Shown here piece after piece: positions 1-13,221 of a stretch of DNA of 64,000 nt. The notes under the pieces are model-generated. The model worked only from the letters and a program-made list of their open reading frames with translations. It did not search any database and was not told the DNA's origin. Numbering within the stretch: position 1 is the stretch's first letter; each line of letters opens with the position of its first letter. A program made the translations under genes and the position numbers. Origin of the DNA: Camelus ferus (Eukaryota); NCBI RefSeq assembly GCF_009834535.1, contig NC_045697.1, positions 117,554,001 through 117,618,000 on the forward strand, in the 5' to 3' direction.

Positions 1-2649
1 CCTCCCCCGGGATACAGGGTGAGCGGAAGGTAAGGTCCACATCACCGGGGACACCAAATGGCCTGAGAATAACCTGTCTCCCGAGTGATGGCGCCACTGG
101 TCTTCTGGACCGATCCAGGTCATCAGAGGAAAGGGGTGAAGTGACAAGCCCAGTGGCGTTTCCCCAACATGGCAGAGAGCTCCCCTGTCCCAGGGTGCGG
201 GCCCCTCCCGTGACGCCCAGTAATTTGTACATCACAGCAAAGATGGTCAAAAGGCTTTTCCCCTTCCCCTTCACTTCTTCTTCTAAAACTTCTTTCTCTT
301 CCTTTCTGCTTCGGAACCACTGGGACCTTGATAGCTTTTCAAGATTCAGCAACACTAAGTTTCCGTCAGCAAAATGCCACAGCGACTGGCTTCCCACACC
401 CTTTATCCAATTGCATTGGATAAAATTATCTGTAGTAGAAAATTTAGTTTGTTCCCACCATTTTTCATTTCATTTAATAAATTCTCTTCACCGTTTTTCA
501 GATGAAAAGGACTGATGCCGAAAGAAAACCGTATTCCGGTCTCTACGGCAATGCTGAGGCACTGGGATGAACGCTCCTTCGGAAGTTCATCCTGACGATT
601 TTCACAAATGCGTTTCCACTACACGTTGTTATTTCCTGCGTTTCAGATGGGGAAGTAATTCAAAACACCGACTGCAAATAATATTTAGGGAGAGTAGGCC
701 AGTGCTCAGTGCTCAGAAGCAGCTAGACCTACGTTTTTAAGACACATTCACTCTCTCAGGCTCCAGAGCAGTAAAAATAAAATCTTCTCTCAGTGGTGGG
801 AAAGAGCAAAATAAATTCCATGAACCAGTAACGACCTCAGGGAGCGGTTAAACAGTGGAAGGAGAAAGCAGAGACGTCTGAGCACAGCAGGGCCCAGTAA
901 AAATAAAAACCGCAGACTGTGAGTGGGTCAGGGATGGACCCAACCTCAGATCTTCAAGGATGCAAGACCAGGAAAGTCAACCCCTCTGTTCCTGGATCTC
1001 CTCACTCACAGAAGGAAGGTAACAACCGACACCAGGGCTTCCGTAAGGAACAAAGACAGCAGCTGATCGCAAATTTTAAATGAATGGAGTTCTGCCATGC
1101 TAGCTTTTAAAGAATAAGTGTCAATACCGTAGCAAAGATCACAAAGGAAGAGTAAAAAATGTGTGTCTTTAAATGCTAGTTCCCTGCCTGGCTGATAGTT
1201 CAGCTTTTATTCCTTCATTGATTCGTACGGCAAAATGTTTAAACATTTAGATGATGCGGGACGTTACCTTAAACCCTTTTCCCTAATTCATCAGAAATGA
1301 CAGAAAAAGCTTCCTAAGTGGATGGGTGAGTTGCTGATAATTTCTCTGTGGTTTCTGGAATCTATTCCAAGCTCTCCAGGGTCTGCCTTTGAACTGAATC
1401 CCAACTATTGTCCCAGACCCACCTCAGCGTCCTCCCCTTCAGTCCATACTCCAGGTCACCCCATTTTTCCCTTCCCTGAAGCCACAGCCCCTGCTCGCTT
1501 GTAACTATTTATTAATTCACATACCATCTGAACCTATGACCCGCATTTTTCAAATTCATTATCTTATATTAACACACAAAATTTTCATATTTTACCAACA
1601 TACTATTATTAAAAGAGCATTAATATGTAATACAGTGCCCGGTTCAGCTGGACAATGAACACGCCAGCTCGGCCGTGTATTTTCTTTTTTTAAGCTTTGC
1701 ACTCTTCATAGAAACTACCCTGATTCCATGCAGGGAACTAAACCACAGTACAGCCTTAGTTTTGGGGTCCTGCTCTAATCACTCATCTTCCCCTGCCAGC
1801 TCCCTCTTTTGTCTCCCTCAAGTTCTTTCACAATTTTCTTCCAATAGAGTAAGACTACGTTTCAAGGTAGTATCGGAGCAAACGCTTCTTACCTGCAGCT
1901 GCTATATTTGGGGATACGATGTGTTTCACAATATAGCTGATTTCTTTCAACTTGGGTTAGTTTTTCAGGGGCTTTACTAAAACTAGAATGAGAAGTGTTT
2001 TTTATTTTTTAAAAACTCGACTACAAAGATAGTGCCTGCACAAAAATATCTCACTCACTACTCACAATGACCTGTAATTTAATTCCAGTTTGCATTAGTA
2101 TAAAGTATGATGGTTAAGCATCAGAGAAATCAAGCCGCTTATAGAGCATTCAAATTTCGCTCTCTTGATGGTTGAATCATCTTCCTTTCCACACTTCCCA
2201 GAGCTCATGCTTCAGACCTTCAAGATAGCAAGCCATGAGAGAAGAAAAGTTGAAACTCACCGGAGTTTCAGTTATAAACTCACCCGTCGTCGTCTTCAGA
2301 GAGTTTGGAAGTGTCAGCTAGATTGCATTGGCCAGCTCTTCAATTACAAGAAATTAACCACTTAAAGGGAGAATGGTGCCCACAGAAAGTTAACTCCCTC
2401 AGCATCAAAGGGTCCAGTGTGGCCATAATTTAGGAGTTAATTTATATTTCAAATCAATGCTTTAAGGTGCGTCCATCTTGTGAGCTGACCATGTTGTTTT
2501 CATCTCACTAGAAATTTTAATTAATATTTAATGGGCCCACTCTAGTCAAGTCTTGTGTTTGGTAAGGATAAGCCTGAAATCTAATTACATTTGCCACTAA
2601 TGCATGCTCACTGTAATCTCTTTAAAAAAAAAAAGGAAATAAAAGAAAG

Positions 2650-3700
2650 GATAAATCAAACAGTTAAAGAAAATGAAAATCTCTCGTAACTGCATCACTG
2701 ATTCAAAGCAGCCCTCACTATACAAAGAGATACTTGGTGTAAACGTTCCAAGGACATGTTATCAATGCACATATACATGTATTTTATATTTTTATAAAAA
2801 GAATCAGTATTTTTATACTTAACGTATGACCAGACATTTCTATCTCATTGTATATAAACTACATATCTTTTCCCACCTGTACAGAAGCCTGTCAAGTTGA
2901 TTGGCCATCATTTATTTAACTCATTATTGGTGACCCCTTAGTTCGTTCCCGAATTTTTCCCACTGAAAACGATGAACATCCTTTACTTATGCCTTTGAGC
3001 ACGTATGTGAAGATCCCACAAATAAACTCCTGGATGTGGAACTGCCAGTGCGGAGATCACATCTGGACATTCTGAAATCCTTCCGACCGACACGAGAGCC
3101 CGTTTCTCACACCCCAACTCTGGGCAGTCCTGATCTTTATGACATTGTCAGTTCGGCAAATTACTCCTGTGTTTGCTGGGTACACGTATTTCCTCTTGTT
3201 GCATTTCCTGACCCTTAACGAAGCTTGCCTTTTCCTAGTGATCAGAGCCCTTTACAGACATGACACACTATAGATACTGATCATTTGTTAATTGCATATA
3301 TTAAAAACATTTTCCCAATAAGTTTTTTTTTTTTGGTCATTTTTCAAAGGAGTAACACAAGTTAGAAATTTTGAGTTTTCTGTTGTCAAATCTATGAACC
3401 TTTTCCTCTGTGGCTCGTGATCTTTGGATATATGCTAGGATAGACCACTTCCACCCCTGGATGGTCAATGGACTTTTCTATATGTTCTACACATGCAGGA
3501 CATACAGGAAGTGGGGAACTTATGTGATCTTCCTGAATGATTATCCAATTGTCCCCAAATCATTAATAGACTAATGAAACTTTTCCCTTCAATAACTGAG
3601 CAATGTCCTTTATCCCTAGATTATAATCACACATGTATATTTTGAGTTTCTGGACAAAAAAAATAATGCATTATTTTCTCTTATTTTTAGTCTAACCCCA
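2650..3700 (-). mobile_element. Old, degraded L1 (L1M-type) fragment
   Basis: Diverged antisense L1 3'-region-like text; boundaries approximate. Confidence 0.5.
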
Positions 3701-4237
3701 TGATTGCCATTATAAAAAAAAATGTCTGCATGCACTTTTATTTTAAATTATTTCTCAAAAGACCACTCTTTGGATAAATGGATTTATTTTTGATTGTATT
3801 TGACCAATCTTTTACAAGAATGCATAAAAAGAATTTTTATCTACTGTTTATTTTGCTTTTTTTCTGTTATCAACAGAAGAAACTTTGCTTTTTGCTAGAA
3901 GCGGGGTTGGGGGAGCAGGATCTGTACTAGAAGCAGGCGTGAAAAAGGCAGGATGATAACAGACTTTGAGCTCAACTCAGCGCTGGGTTAAAATTTTCAA
4001 TGAAATTCTCTGCCTGTATCAATTTTTTGAGATCTGAAAAGGGAAGCACCACGGAGCCTCACTGAATGTTTAGATCCCTTTAAAGAAGCAATTTTCCCCC
4101 AAATACCGTCATTTCAATAAGCTTTTGTGTAAGAGATTGATCAAACAAAATGTTGACATTCCAAATTTGTACATTCTGGTTATCATGACATTTTCAATTC
4201 AGGCTTTGAAATCCCACCGGTAGAAAATCTCCAGACA

Positions 4238-5517
4238 TAGCACTTCTCAAACATTTGGGGCTCATCATTCTTTTACACCCTTAAAAATTATCGAGGACCC
4301 CAAAGAGACTTGGTTTACGTGAGTTATACTTAGCCCTGCTTACTGTGTTTTAAATTAAAACAAATGTTTGCAGTTGTCACTTATGAATCAATTCAAGACA
4401 ATAATATGTCCATCACAAACTAATATCAACAACATATGTTGTGAAACATGACGATGTTGTGCAAAAAGAAGGAAAAGAATAGCATTGATTTCCATTTTTG
4501 CAAATCTCTTTAAGGTTAACAAAAAAAGAGCTAGATTCTCATATTTGACTTTGATGGCCATATCTTAAGAAAATCTGTCTTCACATGTATATGCAGTTTT
4601 AAAAGTGGCAAGTATTTTGAGAGCCTTTTCAGCTTATTGTGGAAACTATTCTTTGAAACCACACTAGACGTTGGCAAGTGGTAGTTCCTTAAAGGTTCAC
4701 TGTAATGTGGAATCTGAATCCATATAAATGAACGTTTTTAAATTCTCTTCCATTGAAAGCTACTGATGTATCTTGTGCTTTGAGTGTATCTTTTACTCAT
4801 CCACAATCAGTAATAATGTGCATTGGTCATCTGGAAAACCTCACTAAGTTAAGCAAATGTTGACACAGCTAATTATACAATATCAAAATGTCGCATTCCT
4901 CAGTATGTCCTCTTATCTGAGAAGTGTTTAATTATTGAGAAGGAGACAAAGTCACAGAGGCAGATTCAAGTTTTCCAAAAATCTATTTTTAACTTAAAAG
5001 CTTAAGTATTGTAATTGGCACCGAAAATTGTCAGCTCTTTTCCTTAAAGTGACAGACTCACTCTGTCCCTCTCCCAAAAATATTGCTGAAATAATCAAAT
5101 CTAAATAATTATCTAAGTAACTCTCCTTCACATAAAAGGTAGTCAATGTAGTAAGTAAACAAATAGCTAAGTGCTTCAGACATACTTTTCATTTTGTTTC
5201 ACAGAATAAGGAAGATGTCGACTTAAGGATTCAGATTCAGTCCAATCCACAACGTCTAGTGCTTTGTGACAGACATTCTTGAGCAAAAATCCTTTGTGGA
5301 TGATTGTGTGACAGCGATGGATACAAGGGCTTCTCCGCAGGGCTTGGGACCGCTGTCTTGGTTCCTGCTAATGGATGCTTTTCCACCATCAGCTCAAAGC
5401 CAACCAAGCCGAAGGACAGGGTCTTGATTATTATAAAAAATAAGTTTGACTTCAAAGACTCTCTGCTACGGTCCCAAGAATCACCAGGATCCTTAGAGGA
5501 CACTTTGAGACTCATTG
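4238..5517. mobile_element. hAT-Charlie DNA transposon (Charlie1a-like)
   Basis: Left end TAGCACTTCTCAAAC...CTTTTACACCCTTAAAAATTATCGAGGACCCCAAAGAG and right end ...CACTTTGAGACTCATTG resemble Charlie1 termini (degenerate TIRs). Confidence 0.75.
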
Positions 5518-6297
5518 GACTGTATATAAGGCAGCTGGCCAAATGGCACTACTGATTACATTAATCTTAAAATGAATGAGTTGAATAAATATCCATTTTC
5601 CCCTGAATTTCCGTACCCACAGTTAAGTGAAGCAAAACCTAATCTTAGAAAATGCACATTTAATGGTGCCAGTGTCCGCTGCTGGCTGCATTATCGGAGG
5701 AGCACTCATCTCTGCCCCTTCTTTATTAGAAAGATAACGCATCTTCATGGCTTCCTAATCCGTTCATAAATTACGTCCACATTAATGGCGGGCATCAGAG
5801 GGCTGTCAGTGCCAAGAAAAACTAGAGGCAAAGTCAAAAAGAAAAAAAAGTAACTCAAGGAATAAAGTGACTCCTAAGAGGAAGTTTTTACCTGAACCAA
5901 GTCCAATGAAAAAGCTTCATTCTGTTAGTGAACAAAGGAGTTCAATGAATAGACTAAAAGAAATTTTTTTTAAAGTACTAGCAGGAATTCATATTGGTTT
6001 TGTCCTGCTCCTCCCAGGATACAAGTGTGATTTTGCTTCTCTTTTAAGAATCCAACTTCTCAGGAAATATTTTTAAAGGCATCCCCATGGGGTGACCCCC
6101 TCCTTTCCACGATTCTCCATGTCCTCTGGGACAATGACACGTGTTCCACCCTCTCTCCTATCTTCTATTGCACACCTTTATTGAAAATGACCTGATTACA
6201 TATAAAACTTGAAGATAGATAAGGTTTGGGGACAGGTGCCATTAAACCATCAGGTCCAGGGAACTGAGGAAATTAGACTTCTGTTCCTATTTCCAAG

Positions 6298-6720
6298 TTG
6301 GTTCTTTTTTTTTTTTTCTTTGCCTGTTTTTTTTTTTTAATTGAAGCATAGTCAGTTTATAATGTTATGTCAATTTCTGGTGTACAGCATAATGTTTTAG
6401 TCATACATATACAAACGTATGTTCATTTTCATATTTTTTCACTATAGGTTACTACAAGATACTGAATATAGTTCCTTGTGCTGTACAAAAGAAACTTGTT
6501 GTTTATCGATTTTCTGTCTAGTAGTGTCTGCAAATAGTCAACTCCTAATTTATCCCTTCCCACCCCCTTCCCCCTGGAGGAAACTCTGATCCAAAAAGAT
6601 ACAGGCACCCCAAGGTTCACAGAAGCACAGTTTATAACAGCCAAGACCTGGAAGCAACCTGCATGTCCTCTGACAGTGAGCAGACAAAGACGACGTGGTG
6701 TGCATACGCAATGGATACTA
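6298..6720 (-). mobile_element. 5'-truncated L1 with 5' inversion
   Basis: Poly-T plus antisense L1 3' end (to ~6575), joined to a sense L1 segment (~6576-6720). Flanked by CTATTTCCAAG at 6287-6297 and 6718-6728. Confidence 0.85.
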
Positions 6721-8199
6721 TTTCCAAGGTTTTATATCTTCACAGTCCTCACCCCCTACAAGGACGGATGCTCTGTTACTGAGAGATGGGGCAGAAGGAT
6801 GGAGAAGAAGAGGAGGAAAAGCAAACACGGCAGGATGGTGGGAAGCCCTCTCTCTCTCATCACTTTCTGGTCCCTGGACTGCAGTCCTATGATGTCCCCG
6901 GGATCACGAAGTACAGGAGAGGATGTACTTTAACTTCAGGAAAAAGTTAAGGAGATGACGGTTATTGTAAAAGGGTGTGGGGAAGGCCTTTTTATTACAT
7001 ACCAAGGTTATCATATCCTTTTCATCATTCGCTGTATTTGTTGGGGACCAAGATGGCCTTCTTGTTTTGATGGTGAGCTTTAACTTGAGAGTGGAGGTAT
7101 TCACGTGTTTTTATATTTTATCTCCTTTGCCTTCGGTATAGATCTGTATCCTGCAATCATGACAAGGGACTGGGCAGTGGAAATCTTCAAAGCTGGACCT
7201 GGTCCTACTTCAGGATGAATAAGGAGGAAAGGTCTCTAGATGTTTATTTAATGCTCACCATGTCCAGGCTGAAAAGACCCACCATTATAACTAACACTGT
7301 TTCTTCAAATATGAACATTGACCCAGCTCCAGCTGTCACCCAGGATGCAATCAGGAACCTCCCATGTCTCAGTGACAGCACAGAGCACACCTGACAGTCT
7401 CTTTCCTAAGCCCCTAGTCTCCTAAAATATAGTCATTCACTTTAAATTCAGGTGCATACCAATTCAATAAGATTCTTCAACAAGTAGAACATTAATCACA
7501 TATGGTTCCATGCTTCTAATTTTGCTTTCCATGGAACAATATCTTTCTTCCAGGAATGTAGTATTGAAGTAGCTAAACTTGTGCCTGGAATGTAAAGCTT
7601 GGAGCTTTAAATATCTCAACAAAAATGGAACCATTTCCCTTGAATTTGTGGGCTGCAATAATTCCTAGCAGTCCGTTAATGCATCATCACTAATTCCAGC
7701 TTAAGAAGTGGGTGCATCATGGTAACTCTGAAAAATATCTGCAGATCCCAACAGCCAGTTTTTTGCAATATGAACGAACACTCAATAATCATTTTCACTA
7801 GAGTAATGGCCCCAGTACATGTCCACTGCTTGACGGCAGGGTTCAGGAACCATAGGTCTTCTTTACAATAAAGACACAGTGAGCACAGACCTTACACTAA
7901 TGTGGTGATTGTCCTGCCAGACTTTACTTCCTCCACATGGAAGTAAAGAGAAAGAGGCTTGCCCTGACGATTAATCGGTAAATACAGGCTCACTGCCTAC
8001 AGCTGCCTCAGCTCTGCCCCCGGGAGGCACACAACACAAAGGGAGAGCATTTCTGTTCTTAAAGAAACTGCAAAGCAGTGAGGAACCAAACTGACACCTG
8101 GCGAAGAAGCATCACTCAGTGAGTGTCTTCTGTGTCCCGGGCACTTCGCCAGGCACCCGACGGACTCGAGTCAGGAGCTCTAGCAACAGATCCCGGCTC

Positions 8200-8330
8200 T
8201 TTGTGTAGACAGCTGTGTTACCCCTAACTAAATCACTCCCGTATCTTCTGGGGTTAATTTCTCCTTGTGTTAAAAACTGGTAAAGAAGTGATAGCAAATC
8301 TTTCGCAGCTCTGATGAGTCTGTAATTCCA
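8200..8330 (+). mobile_element. MIR fragment
   Basis: GCTGTGTTACCCCTAACTAAATCACT...TTTCTCCTTGTGTTAAAACTGG resembles the MIR core. Confidence 0.5.
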
Positions 8331-8856
8331 CACTACGATGAAAATCGTTTGGAAGTTCTAAAGGTGCTGAGGACAGTGAGGATTAGGGGTCCAAAAAGGG
8401 CTTCACAGGAGATGAGGACCTTGTTTCTGTGTTGACAGACGCATCTAAGCTCTTTCAAATATACAGAGATGTATATTCTCTTCGCTACAACGTAAATCTT
8501 TATTTATACATCTTTTCTCTTTTCTATTATATATTATTTTCGTATTATTAATATCACTATTTAAATGTATGCTTTAAATATAAATATAATTTAAATTTAA
8601 ATATATTTACTATTATTATTTAAATATATAAATTTCTATTATATACATAACAGAAAAGAGAAAGCCTTTCCCTAGCTTTATTGAAGTATGATTGACAAAT
8701 AAATATTTTCTACATTCAGGTTATATGAAGTTCTCAAATAGTCAGAGGATAGTCTGAAGGGACTCCACGGAGGAAATGCAGAGGGATTTTTAAAAAGGCT
8801 TTGAATGTTCATAAAGTCCCTCCCGAGATTACAGACCTCTGGAGGGCAGTTTCTTA

Positions 8857-9227
8857 GTTTATTATTTTTTGTCACTGTAAAATGAAATTTTATTTTTTAA
8901 ATTGAAGTCTGGTCAGTTTACAATGTTGTGTCAATTTCTGGTGTACAGCATAAAAGCTTCAGTCATACATGTACATACATATATTCATTTTCATATTCTT
9001 TTTCATTATAGGTTACTATAACATATATAACATACTGTAACTGTGCTATACAGTAGGTCCTTGTTATTTTATATATAGTAGTATCTGTGGAATCTAAAAA
9101 AGGACACAAATAAACTTACTTACAAAACAGAAACAGACTCACAGACATAGAGAACAAACTTATGGTTACCAGGGGGACGTGGGGGGGAAGGGATAAATCG
9201 GGAATTCGAGATTTGCAGATACTAACT
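8857..9227 (-). mobile_element. 5'-truncated L1 with 5' inversion
   Basis: Antisense L1 3' end (~8895-9086) joined to a sense L1 3'UTR segment (~9087-9227). AGTTTCTTA direct repeat at 8848-8856 and 9228-9236. Confidence 0.85.
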
Positions 9228-10467
9228 AGTTTCTTATCCTTCAGCACCATGGTTGGTGCATAAGAGGTCCTGAAAATATTTTTAGAAGAAAGGAGGAAAA
9301 AGAGGATGTGGACTCGAGCAGAGAATTTATTATCCAGAGGTGCTGGGGGAGGGCATTTTAAACCAGGCAAAGTTTATATTTGATAAAAGAGTAAGGAATG
9401 AGTTCCCAGTGAGAATGACAAAAGCAGAGACTGGGCATCTCTGTCTTGTACACCAGAGTCAAACCCAGCTTCCTCCAGATCCCAGCGATGCGTCCACCTG
9501 CTGTACCAACTCCATCTCCTCGCACGCCCTGCCTGGGTCCCGGTGCTGGCCTAAAACGCGAAGTTCCCTAGAGATCGGAGCTGTACTTGGTCTCCACTGC
9601 GGCTGCACAGCTTGGTCTCAGCCTTCTCGGGGCTCACAGACCTCAGGTGGCCCCCTCTCCCCGGGGCCCCCTGCAGCCAGCAGCCAGCGCCCCTGGCGGG
9701 CCCCAGTCCTGGACGGATGTGACAGTCCCACGTGCGACTGCGTGTGCACCCGCAGTCAAATACACACGGCCATCCCCAGACCTCTCCCCCCTCTTCCACG
9801 GACTGAGTCTACACACCTGCTGGGTCCGTTTCGGGGCACCTTGCTAATGTAAGAGTCACACGTTCCGACCCCACATCTACAGAAAACACCAGGCTATGTC
9901 CCTTGCACTTGACAGGGGTCTCCAAGTCTCCTAGATCACATGCGGCATGTGTGTAGGGACACAAGATTCCAAGTCAAGTCTTCAGTGCGTCCTGTTTGTG
10001 ACAGGCTGGGAGAAGATGACTCTGGGTTCGTTCCTTCAGAGAACCTGGCCCAAGGTCAGGGGAAATCCACCTGGAAAGTACCGGCTGATGCTGGGAGGCA
10101 CAGGTGTTCAGACCTGTAACAGACCCCCTCTGACAAGTCCCAAGTGTTACACACTGTCACCTGCATCTGGATGAGGCAAAATCAAAGGGGTTTCCCAGAA
10201 AAGTGTTCTTATCTACTAGTGAAAGAAAATGATTTAAATCATAATTAATATAATTGTAAACTGTAACTGTCAAAAATGGTAGCTTTCAATTTTTACCGCT
10301 TGTTTTATAACAAGAATGTGGAAAACCAAAGTGAAAACAGAAAATGCAAAATTAAAATGTAAACTTAATAGTCTTTTGTACTAGGGTCTGAGGACACGTT
10401 GTCAGGAAGCAGTTTTAAGGAAATGCTGTTTCAAGGAAACAGTGAAGATTAAGAATAATAACCATTC

Positions 10468-10621
10468 TGTAACAACCAACAATGAAAAAGAAAAATATAT
10501 ATATATATACGTAAAACTGAATAACTATGCTGTACACCAGAAATTAACACAACATTGTAAATTAACTAGACATCAGTAAAAAAATTAATTTAAAAATTAA
10601 ATTCATTATTTGGGGGGAAAA
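10468..10621 (+). mobile_element. Short L1 3' end
   Basis: ACTGAATAACTATGCTGTACACCAGAAATTAACACAACATTGTAAATTAACTA plus A-rich tail. Degenerate TSD AAGAATAATAACCATTC / AAGAGCAATAACCACTC. Confidence 0.85.
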
Positions 10622-10959
10622 AAGAGCAATAACCACTCACTCTTTCTAAGAAGAAAAATCAATCCTTAAGCCCAGGAGTGAAAATCTTTACAAAACTACA
10701 AAAAGATAGCCTACCGACTGTAGGTAATGTCATCCGAAATTCAGCATTTGATATGACCGAGGACACAGTAGGACACGCAGCTCACATCACAGTAAATTTG
10801 TAACAAGCAAACCACACTCCGTGAAGCTGGCTCCCCGTCTGTAGTTTACATGTGTGAAGAGAGTGATTTTACTCCTGAGGTAGAACACACACCATATTTC
10901 ATAATGAACACCTGCGTTAATCTCATGCATTACATATGAAAACCTAAAATGGGCTCAGG

Positions 10960-11130
10960 AAGAAATGCTGCATCTGTTGGGCACTTCCTCTGTGCCTGGG
11001 ACGTTATTTTCACAGAGATGATAATCGCACGATTCAAATTTCACAAGCAAAGTGATTAAGGCCAAGAGAGGTGAACGCTGCTGTCTGATCTCACGGAGCT
11101 GACAGATAGCAGGGTTAGATTCCTAACCAA
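10960..11130 (-). mobile_element. MIR fragment
   Basis: GGGCACTTCCTCTGTGCCTGG...AGGCCAAGAGAGGTGAA...CTCACGGAGCTG resembles reverse MIR. Confidence 0.5.
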
Positions 11131-12275
11131 ATACAAGAATAATAAAGAAAAAAATTTAAAACAACAACAACAGAAAAATCAGGGAGCACCACACACTACA
11201 CAGGGAACGTATGTTGTCCACAGGGTGCGGTTTTTGGAGTTTTTCAAAACTCCATGGAAGACTGGAATGTATTCAATATAAAATGACACCAGTGATCTGG
11301 AATACAAGTCTCGACTAGCATCAAAATTAAATTTAAATTACTACTGTTTCACCCAGTAAGCCCCGATTCTTTTTGTTTTAGTAAAACAAAGTTGGAATGA
11401 GGTCATAGATAGTGAGAAAAATAAACCGGAGTATAAACTCGTGTGCTCTGAGGAGTCTGAGAGCTGAGTTCCTTACACAGAAAACAAATGAGTGGTTTCT
11501 GCTCTGCCTCGAGGTAGAGGGAGTCACGTCACGCTGAGGAAACAGAGACCTCTCCACCTCCTTCTCCGAGGGCTGATTAAAAGAAGGGATGTGTAAACGA
11601 CAGCAGGACCAAATTCAGTTAGACCACGTCCAGCTTCTTGACAGGAAGAGTTATTTGGTGATTAAACAAGACCATCCAGAGAGGTCTTGAAATCTCCCTC
11701 CTTAGAAAGCATCCCCGAAGACGGACACACCACTGCTTTGCTATTTAGCATCACGTCCGTCCTGGTTGCTGAGGTCCTGATAGTTCACGGCTGGATTTCA
11801 TTTCGCTTAGCACATTTCAAATAATGCAACAAAGCCTCCTAGTCTTTCCACTTTACAAAGTCATTCAGTTTTAACAGTTCCCCCAAGGAGAACCTACTCC
11901 TAGCCCATTCAGAAAACATGAAAATCCCAACGAGATACACAGGGTACGAGTCAGAGGCCTTGGCTTCTCAGGTTGGATGCCATTTCTCTGAATGACATGG
12001 AACTCTAGGTCTGCTATCACTCAGACAAGACAAGTGGGAAGCAGAGTGGGTTTGTTTTTATTTTTTTCACAAGGAAAGAAGAGTCGCTTCTGGGATACAG
12101 ATTGCAGCTGGCAGCATGAACAAACCCTGACGAATACGATGCAGCTTTGTCTTTACCTGGAAGTAAAAGCAATAAATGAGTTCAGAGTTACAGTGAGCAG
12201 TCACAGCTTCCATAAGGGATCTGTGTGCCCCCTGCACTCCTGCCACCATTCGTGCAGTAAAAGACATCATTTTCT

Positions 12276-13221
12276 TTCTTTTTTTGTTAGCAAGTATAAT
12301 GGCATTTTTTATTAACTAATTTCAAAATGGAAAATGGAATACCACTTTGAAACATTATTGACATATAACTTAATGAAGTATTATAGTTTTTTTTATTGAA
12401 CTATAGGTGATTTACAATGTTGTGTTAATTTCTGGTGTACAGCATAGCGATTCAGTTACATATTTTTTTAAACATACATTCTTTTTCATATTCTTTTTCA
12501 TTATAGGTTACTAAAAGATGTTGAATATAGTTCCCTGTGCTCTACAATAGGACCTTGGTGTTTATCTGTTTTATACATAGTAGTGTGTATCTGCTAATCC
12601 CAAACTCCTAATTTATCCCCCCACCGCTTTTCCCCTCTGGCAATCCTAAGTGTGTTTTCTATGTCTGTAAGTCTGTTTCTGTTTTGTAAATAAGTCCATT
12701 TGTGTCTTTTTTCAGATGCCATATATAAGTGATATCAAATGGTATTTTTCTTTCTCTGTCTGATTTACTTCACTTAGAATGACAATCTCCAGGTCCATCT
12801 ATGTTGCTGCAAATAGCATTATTTTATTACTTTTCATGGCTGAGTAGTAATACATTGTATAAATAAACCACAACTTCTTTATTCAGTCATCTGTCGATGG
12901 ACATTTAGGTTCTTTCCATATCTTGGTTATTGTTCAGCTGCTATGGACACTGGGGTGCACGTGTCTTTTTGAATCAGAGTTTCCTCCAGATATGTGCTCA
13001 GGAGTGGGATTGCTGGATCATATGGTAAGTCTATTTTCAGTTTTTTAAGGAATCTCTGTACTGTTCTCCACAGTGGTTGCACCAAACTGCATTCCCACCA
13101 GCAGAGTAGGAGGGTTCCCTTTTCTCCACACCACCTCCAGCATTTATCATTTGTGGACTTTTAATGATGGCCATTCTGACTGGTGTGAGGTGATACCTTA
13201 TCAGAGAAATGCAAATCAAAA
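12276..13221 (-). mobile_element. L1 insertion with short 5' inversion and 3' transduction
   Basis: Antisense L1 at 12387-13200; its minus-strand translation includes the ORF2 C-terminal [12 protein letters not shown] motif. Sense 21-mer at 13201-13221. Non-L1 segment 12286-12386 with a second T-tail. TSD ACATCATTTTCT / ACACCATTTTCT. Confidence 0.88.

Noticed and set aside
1886..1900. CAG|GTAAGA on the minus strand as a recursive splice site
   Set aside because: No polypyrimidine tract upstream of the AG; an isolated donor-like motif only.
7922..7948. Perfect 10-bp hairpin CTTTACTTCC-N7-GGAAGTAAAG
   Set aside because: About one such stem is expected by chance in 64 kb, and there is no supporting context.
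8520..8650. Extremely AT-rich quasi-palindromic stretch
   Set aside because: Low-complexity sequence adjacent to an L1 tail; its symmetry follows from composition.
9240..9260. Second RE1-like sequence TTCAGCACCATGGTTGGTGCA
   Set aside because: The left half matches but the critical GGACAG right half is broken; probably an old L2-like fragment.
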